A stretch of DNA of 60,447 nucleotides, from NCBI GenBank assembly GCA_964502635.1, contig CAZCXI010000001.1, positions 1-60,447 of the forward strand, given 5' to 3'. Within the stretch, counting starts at the first letter, position 1, and every line of letters starts with the position of its first letter. Below are positions 44,864-53,061 of this stretch, piece by piece. The notes under the pieces are model-generated. The model was given only the letters and a program-made list of their open reading frames with translations, did no database searches and was not told where the DNA came from. The position numbers and the translations under genes are program-made. This DNA is from an uncultured Desulfobacterales bacterium (lineage in GTDB: Bacteria; Desulfobacterota; Desulfobacteria; Desulfobacterales; C00003060).

Positions 44864-45082
44864 TTACTCTTTCTTGATCAGGATCTTGTACCCTGTACCT
44901 GATTCGGCAACGCCCGCTACCTCCCAACCCTGGCTTTCGGCCGCACGGCTCACGTTTTCCTTTGACGTGTCCGTGTCCACCAGGACCTCAATTTCCCCTT
45001 TGTTAAGGTCCCTGATTCTATTCAAGGTCATCAGCACAGGTTGTGGGCAAGAAAGGCCGCTTGCATCAACGATTTCAGCCAT
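44864..45082 (-). CDS. TusA-like sulfur/selenium carrier
   Basis: SGLSCPQPVL motif. GGAGA RBS before ATG 45082. 72 aa. Confidence 0.8.
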   Translation of the reverse strand: MAEIVDASGLSCPQPVLMTLNRIRDLNKGEIEVLVDTDTSKENVSRAAESQGWEVAGVAESGTGYKILIKKE

Positions 45083-45099
45083 CGTAATCTCCTTCCTTG

Positions 45100-46191
45100 T
45101 TAGGCCTTTTGTCTCATGGTCAGTCCAATGAACGAGCACACCAGAAGGCCAATAATGACAGCAGCAATACCGTGAGGACCAACCCCTTTGGGTGAGCTTG
45201 CCAGCCCAAAATTGTGGGCAAAACCAGCACCAACAATCATACCCAGGACAAAGACGGCCGCATCACCATCACCTTCTCCTGCCAGGAATAACTGGCGGCC
45301 CGGGCAGCCACCGGCAAGGCAAAAGGCTAGCCCCGCCACGACCATGCCCCCGAAGTTCCAAAGCTGCATAGTGTGAGCAACGGGTTGTTTGGCAAATCCT
45401 GGATGAAACTGTCCCACAATCAGGTTGGTGAGAAAAGCGAAGGCAATCAGTGCCAGCACACCGTAGAAAAGATAAGGTATGCGAAACAAAATCAGGTCTC
45501 GAAAGGCCCCCATGGTGCAAAATCGGCTACGCTGTGCCAGAAAACCGATGGCAAGACCTATGACAAGAGAAAGTGCAATAGACGCATGCATGGCCCCCGG
45601 ACCCTTCATGCTGTAAAAAAGGATCCCGCTTTTTGGCTCCCCTTTGATCTGGGGAAAACTTAGGAGCAGCACCAGAAAGCCAAGCATGATCAGGGGCATG
45701 AGCCAGCCCACAGATACGTATGTCTTGTTGCTCCGGCCAAGGTTATATCCGCCCTTGAGGAAAAAGGTGCCGATCCATATGCCAACAATCAATCCAAGGA
45801 GGCCAAGGATGGCGTTCCCGTCACCCGCGGAAAGACGCAGCATGGCACGCCAGGGGCACCCCAAGAAAACCAGCGCCCCGATCATGGCAAAGACTCCCAG
45901 CACAAAGCGCACAATAGGAGCAGAACCAGCCCTCGGCCTGAACTCCCTGAACGCATAGGCTGCAATCAACGCCCCGAGGACAAAACCGATGATCTCAGGG
46001 CGCATGTACTGAACCACGGCCGCCCGATGGATGCCGATGGCGCCTGCGATGTCCCGTTCAAAGCAGGCCACGCACACCCCCATATTTCCCGGGTTGCCAA
46101 ATTTTTGCAACAGAGGAGCAAACACGCCAATGAATGCCCCAACAGACACGATTCCCCACCGCGTGCCCAGAAAGTTTTTGACTTGCCCCAT
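45100..46191 (-). CDS. yedE: YedE-family putative selenium/sulfur transporter
   Basis: Polytopic membrane protein with the GNPGNMGVCVACFERD motif and a second CPGRQ half-site. 363 aa. Confidence 0.75.
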   Translation of the reverse strand: MGQVKNFLGTRWGIVSVGAFIGVFAPLLQKFGNPGNMGVCVACFERDIAGAIGIHRAAVVQYMRPEIIGFVLGALIAAYAFREFRPRAGSAPIVRFVLGVFAMIGALVFLGCPWRAMLRLSAGDGNAILGLLGLIVGIWIGTFFLKGGYNLGRSNKTYVSVGWLMPLIMLGFLVLLLSFPQIKGEPKSGILFYSMKGPGAMHASIALSLVIGLAIGFLAQRSRFCTMGAFRDLILFRIPYLFYGVLALIAFAFLTNLIVGQFHPGFAKQPVAHTMQLWNFGGMVVAGLAFCLAGGCPGRQLFLAGEGDGDAAVFVLGMIVGAGFAHNFGLASSPKGVGPHGIAAVIIGLLVCSFIGLTMRQKA

Positions 46192-46700
46192 CAGCTCTCT
46201 CCTTTCTTTCTGAAATCGAATAGACTGTATTTATGGGCACATAGTCACACCAAACATGAAGTCAACACGACAAGAGCGCAAACAACTACCTCCATTCACG
46301 AGACTTTCAACTCCTGTCTAACTGGCGTTCCAAAGCCGCGACTATTTGTATTTTAGATTACTCCAAGAATTTGTAGGCGTCCAATACGTAATATCGATAC
46401 GAAAGGGGCAATTATATAGAAAATATCAATATATGCCTCTTATAGTGCGGTGAGCTCCGGGAGACACGAAGGGTTGCCACAAGCGATAGATAAGGAACAA
46501 GACGGTTGTTTCAAAGGGCCAGCCTTGATTGACCGGCCTCCTTCCTGCAAACTGGGTCCTTCAGGGAGCGGGGAGTCACCTGTCCTGACATCATGGCATG
46601 GGTTGCTTGCGGGAGACTTCATACTTATTGTTAGAAAAAGACCATGTCCAAGAGAGTTGGTAGGATTATAAGGATTCAAGTGGTCAGGGATTCGAGTAAA

Positions 46701-46916
46701 ATGCTTAAGAATTATGAAGAATTAAAAGTCTGGCAACGGTCCTATCACCTATGTTTAGAAATTTACAAAGTAACAAAAACATTCCCTAATGAAGAAAGAT
46801 ACGGCCTGACATCGCAAATAAGGAGGGCCGCGGCATCTTTTCCCAGTAACGCACCGGAGGAATACCGAACAAAACCACTCGAACCCTTGAATCCTCGAAC
46901 CCTGTGCATCAACTAA
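46701..46916 (+). pseudogene. Truncated four-helix-bundle protein (23S-rRNA-intervening-sequence-type)
   Basis: MLKNYEELKVWQRSYHLCLEIYKVTKTFPNEERYGLTSQIRRAAASFPSN matches the family N-terminus and then diverges, so about 60 percent is missing. Flanked by the imperfect inverted repeats 46671-46696 and 46878-46904. Confidence 0.6.
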
Positions 46917-46984
46917 TCGGGAAAAGAACCTCAAAAAAGATCTCCGAAAGGAGTTCTCAATTGACAAAGGAAAAAGGAGCGAAC

Positions 46985-47199
46985 ATGCTTGAAAAGGTCA
47001 TAAAGAGTGATAAAGAATGGCGGAAGATACTGACAACAGAACAATACAGGATCACCCGGAAAAAGGGAACGGAAAGAGCGTTTTCTTGTGTAACCGATGT
47101 GACGCCCACCTTGGACATGTATTTCACGACGGGCCACCACCCACAGGACTTCGCTACTGCATCAACTCCGTGGCCCTGAAATTTGTTGGAACCAATTGA
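46985..47199 (+). pseudogene. msrB: Methionine-R-sulfoxide reductase B with an internal deletion and frameshift
   Basis: Frame 1 gives [34 protein letters not shown]. Frame 2 gives [33 protein letters not shown]. The roughly 60-70 codons normally between these blocks are absent (junction near 47073-47080). Confidence 0.75.
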
Positions 47200-47264
47200 G
47201 ACCTTTGAAAAACTCCTTTTTCCTTATTCGCATCGTTTCTGGTTCAGGGTATTAGGAGAAGAGC

Positions 47265-48275
47265 GTGGTTCGGAAAAAACGCCCACCCGGTCGGCGTGAG
47301 ACTACGGTTTCTTGGGTCATCATGGGCACGCTGGCCGTCATTGCCATAGGGATTTTTGTCAGACAATCCCACTACGACCCAGCGCTGTTTGTCCCCAGGG
47401 TTCTCGAGGCCCAGGCGCCCGGCGAGGGTGTGCCAGCGTCTCTCGCCTCATCAGATTTTTCCGGGTTTGTTCCTGAACAGTTAAGCGCGCTGAGTCCCCT
47501 GGAAGCCTTTGGCCCTGAAACCCTGTCAGACAAGATTGACGGCAAGGCAGAACTGTACCTTGCCGCCGGTTTTTTGGGCTTACGATGCCAGCGGTTTGGG
47601 GAGCCGCTTGATCCCCAGTCTTGGATGGAGGTCTTTGTCTATGACATGGGGACACTTTACCAAGCCTTTGCGGCATACGGCAGCCAGAAGCGTGAAGAGG
47701 CAACACCTTTAGACCTCACGCCTTTTTCCTACAAGACAAGAAATGCCTTGTTTTGGGTCCACGGGAAATACTATGTGGAGATCATTGCCTCGGCGGCTTC
47801 AAAGGCCATGATGGAATCCATGCTTGCTTTTGGAAGAAAGTTCGTCTCGAAGACGTCTGTTGAAGAACATGGCCTCGATGAACTAGCGCTTTTTCCAGGG
47901 GACCATTTGGAACAAGGCAGTATCGCTCTTCTCATATCCAATGCCTTCGGCTTTTCCGGCCTGAAAAATTGCTTCACGGCCCGTTATCATGTGGAGGGCG
48001 GAGAGCTGCTGGCCTTCCTATCCAAGAAAGAGGCTCCTGAAGAGGCGGAAAGGGTGGTCAAGGCCTACCACGCCTTTCTGTTGGAAAACGGCGGCACCTC
48101 TGTGCCTTTGAGCACGGATCTCACGTCAGGCGCGTTGGCCGAGATACTGGATACCTTTGAACTCATTTTTCGTCACGGCCCGTATGTTGCCGGCGTCCAC
48201 GAAGCACCCAACCGAAAGGCGGCTGAGAAGCTGGCCTCGATGCTTGACAGGCACCTTGCTGAGGCGATCCGATGA
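47265..48275 (+). CDS. Hypothetical N-terminally membrane-anchored protein
   Basis: GGAG RBS plus GTG start. One transmembrane helix (VSWVIMGTLAVIAIGIFV). 4-nt overlap with the next gene. Confidence 0.5.
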   Translation: MVRKKRPPGRRETTVSWVIMGTLAVIAIGIFVRQSHYDPALFVPRVLEAQAPGEGVPASLASSDFSGFVPEQLSALSPLEAFGPETLSDKIDGKAELYLAAGFLGLRCQRFGEPLDPQSWMEVFVYDMGTLYQAFAAYGSQKREEATPLDLTPFSYKTRNALFWVHGKYYVEIIASAASKAMMESMLAFGRKFVSKTSVEEHGLDELALFPGDHLEQGSIALLISNAFGFSGLKNCFTARYHVEGGELLAFLSKKEAPEEAERVVKAYHAFLLENGGTSVPLSTDLTSGALAEILDTFELIFRHGPYVAGVHEAPNRKAAEKLASMLDRHLAEAIR

Positions 48276-49267
48276 TCCCATCCTCCGAAAAGCGATCCAT
48301 GACCCGGCGGGCTTTTCTCATTCGTTCGGCCAAGGCCGGCGCCTGCGTTGCGGCGGCCACAGGCCTGGGTCTGTCGCTGTACGATTCAAAGGCGCCCCAA
48401 GGCTCCCAAGAAAAAGGGGCTCTCGTCACCCTTCCCGATTTTTCTGTTGCCGGCAGGGTCGGTCAAATGAGCATCGTGACGGGCGAAGATCGCGTCAAGA
48501 CGGTCCAGCGTGCACTCAAGACTCTGGGAGGCATTGAAGCCTTTGTCCGCCCTGGCGACCGGGTTGTTGTCAAGGTCAACGCTGCCTTTGCCACGCCTCC
48601 CATCCTCTCAGCCACTGCAAACCCTGAATTGGTGGCCGAAGTCGCCAGGCTGTGTTTCAGGGCCGGGGCGTCTTCGGTCACAGTGACGGACAACCCCATC
48701 AACGACCCGGCAAGCTGTTTTACGCTCACGGGTATTGCTCAGGCGGTCCGCTCGGTAGGGGCCCAGGTGGTGATGCCCAGAGAAGGCAGTTTCAAACCCA
48801 CAACCTTGAAAGACGGAGCCCTGATCAAGGATTGGCCTTTGTTTTACACCCCCCTTGAGGCCGCGGACAGGCTCATCGGCATCGCCCCCATCAAGGACCA
48901 CCACAGGAGTGGCGCATCCATGACCATGAAAAATTGGTATGGTCTTCTAGGGGGCCGCAGAAACCTCTTTCACCAGGATATCCATAACATCATCAAAGAA
49001 CTCTCCATGATGGTTTCCCCCACCCTGGTGATCTTGGATGGCACATGGACCATGATGACAAACGGTCCCACCGGCGGGTCCCTGGCGGACCTAAAGCAAA
49101 CAAACACCATGATCGTGAGCACAGATCAGGTGGCTGCAGACGCTTTCGGAGCGACTCTGCTGGGAAAAACCGTTTCGGACCTCCCGTACATTGGCAAGGC
49201 CCAGGCCGAAGGGGTGGGGCAATCCGACTATGAGTCCATCAAGCCCTTTCGAGATCACGTGGGCTGA
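48272..49267 (+). CDS. DUF362-like protein with a twin-arginine signal
   Basis: MTRRAFLIRSAKAGACVAAATGLG Tat signal. DUF362-like VVVKVNAAF ... LVILDGT pattern. Confidence 0.6.
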   Translation: MIPSSEKRSMTRRAFLIRSAKAGACVAAATGLGLSLYDSKAPQGSQEKGALVTLPDFSVAGRVGQMSIVTGEDRVKTVQRALKTLGGIEAFVRPGDRVVVKVNAAFATPPILSATANPELVAEVARLCFRAGASSVTVTDNPINDPASCFTLTGIAQAVRSVGAQVVMPREGSFKPTTLKDGALIKDWPLFYTPLEAADRLIGIAPIKDHHRSGASMTMKNWYGLLGGRRNLFHQDIHNIIKELSMMVSPTLVILDGTWTMMTNGPTGGSLADLKQTNTMIVSTDQVAADAFGATLLGKTVSDLPYIGKAQAEGVGQSDYESIKPFRDHVG

Positions 49268-49285
49268 TCGGATGGAAGAGCGCCT

Positions 49286-51229
49286 GTGAGAATCGTTAGA
49301 GCCCGGCAAATCAGTCAGCTATTCTTTTTCCTGCTTTTTTTGTGGTTCTGCGTGGTGGCATCGGCTGGGGAAAGGTGGTGGCAACTGCGGGGTTGGCCGG
49401 TGGACTGGCTCCTGCAGCTCGATCCCCTGGTTGCCCTCGGGACCGTACTCACCACCCGCGCCCTGTATGCGGGGTTGCTCTGGGCCTTGCTTACCGTGGT
49501 TTTGACGATCCTTTTGGGAAGATTTTTTTGCAGCTGGGTCTGTCCCTTTGGGACCCTCCACCATTTCGTGGGCTTTCTGGGAAGCCGTAAGAAAACTCTT
49601 GCCAAAAAGGCAGCCACAAACCGCTACCATGGCGCTCAATCTGTCAAGTATGTCCTTCTCGTCTTTCTTCTCGGGGCCGCAGCCGGGGAGCTGCTTGCCG
49701 ATCTTCCGGGGCTCTCGCCTGGCCGATCTTGGCCGGGGTGGGTCCTGTTTGTACTTGCTTTGTTGGTGGTCCTTTTCCTCGCCTTACGAAACGTCGCTTC
49801 AAAGAAAGCCAGGACGCTTTGTTGGATCTTGGTTTGGGTGGCGGTTTGGATCCTTGTGGCATGGGCCTTTGCCGATCATTCGCTTGTCGGCGCATCCCTT
49901 CAAACCGGGCTCTTGGATCCCATTCCTCTAATCCACCGCTCTGTCAATCTAGTGATTCTACCGATTGTTGACGGGGTCACGCATCAGCTGGCCGTCGGCC
50001 AGCGTCACACACAAGGGGCATGGCTCATAGGGGCGGTCTTTTTGACCGCCGTTTTGTTGAACCTGAGCACACCTCGCTTCTATTGCAGGTTTGTGTGCCC
50101 CTTGGGGGCCCTGCTTGGTGTCCTTGGCCGCTATGCGTTGTGGCGCGTGGGGAAAAACCAGAGCGAATGCAGTCAGTGTGCGCGCTGTGAGGCTGCCTGT
50201 GAAGGGGCCTGCGAGCCTTCGAAGAAGATTCGGATCAGCGAATGCGTGCTTTGCATGAACTGTCTGGACGCCTGTCACGAGGATCTCATGGGCTATGGCA
50301 CAACGCCTTCCGAATCGGGAGAAGAGGTCTCGCCGGACCTTTCTCGAAGAGGTTTTATGGTGTCGCTGCTTTCGGGCGTGGCTGCGGTGCCTGTGACACG
50401 CCTTGGCGGCGCCTTGGGTACAAATTGGTCTCCCATGCTCATCCGCCCCCCAGGGGCTCTGATGGAAGAAGATTTCCTCAAACGGTGCATTAAATGTGGA
50501 CAATGCATGCGGATTTGTCCCACCAACATTATTCACCCCGCCTGTTTCCAGGCAGGCCTGGAAGGCCTCTGGACGCCCATGCTCAATTTTCGGGTCGGCA
50601 CCAGCGGCTGCCAATACAACTGCGTTGCCTGCGGGCATGTCTGTCCCACGGCTGCCATACGGCCCATCACCGTCAATGAAAAACAGGGCAAGAACGATTT
50701 TGCCCAAGCCGGCCCCATACGGCTGGGGACCGCTTTCGTGGATCGAGGCCGATGCCTTCCTTGGGCCATGGACAAACCCTGCATCGTTTGCCAGGAAAAC
50801 TGCCCCGTGAGTCCAAAGGCGATCTTTACGCGGGAACATTTCAGCCCAGTGAGGGAAGATCCGTTCTTGGTTGAGTCGGTTCATGGGATGAAGGTGACGT
50901 TACAAGGCCGCCACTTAAGGCCGGGGGTTGTGGCAACAGGAGACTATTTTTGTCGCGTGATCACTCAGGAAGAAAATGGGCGCTGGAAGATCCTGGAGAA
51001 CACGAAGAGCGTCTTGGTGCTTTCTCCAGACCCTACCCAGAAAGCCCTGCTGGAGCCGGGAAACAACCTGGAAATTGAGCGTCGGCTGAAGCAGCCTCAC
51101 GTGGACCTAAGACGCTGTATCGGCTGTGGAATTTGTGAGCACGAGTGCCCCGTGAGCGGCCGACGGGCCATCCGGGTGACTGCCGAAAACGAGTCTCGGA
51201 GCGAGGCGCACAGGCTTCTTTTGTCATAA
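49286..51229 (+). CDS. Integral-membrane polyferredoxin (NapH/MauN-like N-terminus plus multiple 4Fe-4S motifs)
   Basis: Transmembrane helices with CSWVCPFG and CRFVCPLG motifs, followed by CSQCARCEAAC, CVLCMNCLDAC, CIKCGQCMRICP, CVACGHVCP, CIVCQENCP and CIGCGICEHECP. Confidence 0.8.
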   Translation: MRIVRARQISQLFFFLLFLWFCVVASAGERWWQLRGWPVDWLLQLDPLVALGTVLTTRALYAGLLWALLTVVLTILLGRFFCSWVCPFGTLHHFVGFLGSRKKTLAKKAATNRYHGAQSVKYVLLVFLLGAAAGELLADLPGLSPGRSWPGWVLFVLALLVVLFLALRNVASKKARTLCWILVWVAVWILVAWAFADHSLVGASLQTGLLDPIPLIHRSVNLVILPIVDGVTHQLAVGQRHTQGAWLIGAVFLTAVLLNLSTPRFYCRFVCPLGALLGVLGRYALWRVGKNQSECSQCARCEAACEGACEPSKKIRISECVLCMNCLDACHEDLMGYGTTPSESGEEVSPDLSRRGFMVSLLSGVAAVPVTRLGGALGTNWSPMLIRPPGALMEEDFLKRCIKCGQCMRICPTNIIHPACFQAGLEGLWTPMLNFRVGTSGCQYNCVACGHVCPTAAIRPITVNEKQGKNDFAQAGPIRLGTAFVDRGRCLPWAMDKPCIVCQENCPVSPKAIFTREHFSPVREDPFLVESVHGMKVTLQGRHLRPGVVATGDYFCRVITQEENGRWKILENTKSVLVLSPDPTQKALLEPGNNLEIERRLKQPHVDLRRCIGCGICEHECPVSGRRAIRVTAENESRSEAHRLLLS

Positions 51230-51259
51230 GACCATGAAGGCAAAGAGGAGGGAAAACTC

Positions 51260-52486
51260 ATGAGCAAGAAAGGCAAATATCTGTCACGAAGGCAATGGCT
51301 CAAAGGTGCAGGCGCAGCAGGCTTGGGGTCCGTGCTTCTTTCCACAGGCATCCTGGCCGGGGCTGCCACTGAAACGCCTGCGGACAGCGCCAAGCCGCGG
51401 GTGGTGCCCACTCGACCGTTCGGAAAGACGGGCGTGCAGGTCTCCTGTCTCGCCTTGGGCGGCATGTTCGACATTCCATCCAACCAGCTTGTGCTCAAGC
51501 AGGCCTTAGACTGGGGTGTCACGTACTGGGATACGGCAGACTGTTATGGCGGTGGAAAAAGTGAGAAGGGCATCGGAAAATTTTTTTCCCGATACCCCGA
51601 TACCCGACAAAAGGTCTTTCTGGTGACCAAATCCGATGCCCGAGATCCTGAGGGTATGACTCGGCTTCTGAATCGATCTCTAAAAAGGCTGAAAACGGAT
51701 TATATCGACCTCTATTTTATTCACGGGCTCAGCCAGATCAGGGAGATGAACTTGAAGACCCGAGACTGGGTGAAAGAGGCCAAGGCACAAGGAAAAATCA
51801 AGTTTTTCGGTTTCAGCACCCACAAGAACATGGAAAAGTGTATGCAGAACGCGGCCAAGCTGGGCTGGATCGACGGGATCATGATGCGGTACAATTTTCG
51901 GCACATGCACAACAAGGAGATGATAGCTGCCGTGGACGCCTGTGCCCGGGCAGGCATCGGCTTGACAGCCATGAAGACACAAGGTGGCGGACCGGTACGC
52001 TCGGAAAGCGAGACAGAACTTGAATTGGCCGGTCGGTTTCTGAAACAGGGCTTTACCGACAAACAGGCCAAGCTCTTGGCTGTCTGGGAGGACCCCCGCA
52101 TGGCGAGTCTGTGTTCGCAAATGCCGAACCTGACCATTCTCATGTCCAACGTGGATGCTGCTTGCAGGCAGAAGAAGCTTTCAGCCGGAGATAAAGAGCT
52201 TCTGAAAAAACATGCCCGTGAGACCACCGGGAGTTACTGCGCGGGATGTGCCCACATCTGTGAGCCGGCTGTTGAAGGAAAAGTGCCCGTCAGCGACGTC
52301 ATGCGATACCTGATGTACCATCACCATTACGCAGATCATGACCAGGCCAGAGCGCTTTGTGCAGAACTCCCCAAGGAGATCTGCCATCGCCTTTTGAGCC
52401 TGGATTTTTCTGCCGCCGAGCAGAGGTGCCCCCAGGGCCTCAAGATCGGGAAGTTGATGAGGCGAGCGGCTCAAGTTTTGGCCTAA
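51260..52486 (+). CDS. Aldo/keto reductase with a twin-arginine signal and a C-terminal Cys motif
   Basis: LSRRQWLKGAGAAGLG Tat signal, AKR motifs WDTADCYGGGKSEKGIG and DYIDLYFIHG, and C-terminal CAGCAHIC ... C. Confidence 0.8.
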   Translation: MSKKGKYLSRRQWLKGAGAAGLGSVLLSTGILAGAATETPADSAKPRVVPTRPFGKTGVQVSCLALGGMFDIPSNQLVLKQALDWGVTYWDTADCYGGGKSEKGIGKFFSRYPDTRQKVFLVTKSDARDPEGMTRLLNRSLKRLKTDYIDLYFIHGLSQIREMNLKTRDWVKEAKAQGKIKFFGFSTHKNMEKCMQNAAKLGWIDGIMMRYNFRHMHNKEMIAAVDACARAGIGLTAMKTQGGGPVRSESETELELAGRFLKQGFTDKQAKLLAVWEDPRMASLCSQMPNLTILMSNVDAACRQKKLSAGDKELLKKHARETTGSYCAGCAHICEPAVEGKVPVSDVMRYLMYHHHYADHDQARALCAELPKEICHRLLSLDFSAAEQRCPQGLKIGKLMRRAAQVLA

Positions 52487-52554
52487 GGCAGCAATGGGGT
52501 AAGGCATTGACCTCCAGGAGCATTTTATATATGCTGATCTGTCAAAGGTCCATT

Positions 52555-52605
52555 TCGTTCACTCCGTGAACATGTTGGGCGCTCACAAGAGACTTTTTGC
52601 GCGTT
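52555..52605. repeat. Miniature remnant related to the R1 family
   Basis: cactccgtgaacatgtt resembles 23208-23224 and ctcacaagagactttttgcg resembles 61-80. Confidence 0.35.
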
Positions 52606-52653
52606 CATCCCATGTAGACGTCCAGCAGAGACAGGAGAAAGGAGAACACGTGC

Positions 52654-52899
52654 ATGGCGGCAAAGGACGGGCTCGTTCTTGAAGACTTCACGAGAGTGAC
52701 CGACTGCATTGACATGGCACTTGAGAGAGTCAACACCATATATCAGTCATCGGACCTGACCGAAGAACAAAAATCTGAGGTGGGCAGGCTCGGGCGCTTG
52801 CTCCACCAGACGGGTCATGACATCGGTCACTTTTTTATGACCTTGGAAACACTGCCCGATGAACTTAAAGAAAAATTGCATGAATATTACGGGCATTAG
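52654..52899 (+). CDS. Hypothetical small protein
   Basis: 81-aa ORF with a GGAGAAAGGAG RBS region. I recognise no family. Confidence 0.4.
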   Translation: MAAKDGLVLEDFTRVTDCIDMALERVNTIYQSSDLTEEQKSEVGRLGRLLHQTGHDIGHFFMTLETLPDELKEKLHEYYGH

Positions 52900-53061
52900 G
52901 CCATACCATTGATGAACGGACAATACTTTCCAATGATAACAGATTCCCAATCGGTATAGTAAACTTCAGGGGAAAATCCCCATGGCACCCAAAAAGGCTC
53001 TGTGCATTGTACAAGACATATATCTGCACGGGGCCTGTTTTTTCTGACAGGAGTTGTTCAA

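Noticed and set aside
52983-52999. TGGCAC upstream of hdrA as a sigma-54 promoter.
   Set aside because: The element after the 5-nt spacer is aagg, not TTGC, so the -12 box is missing.
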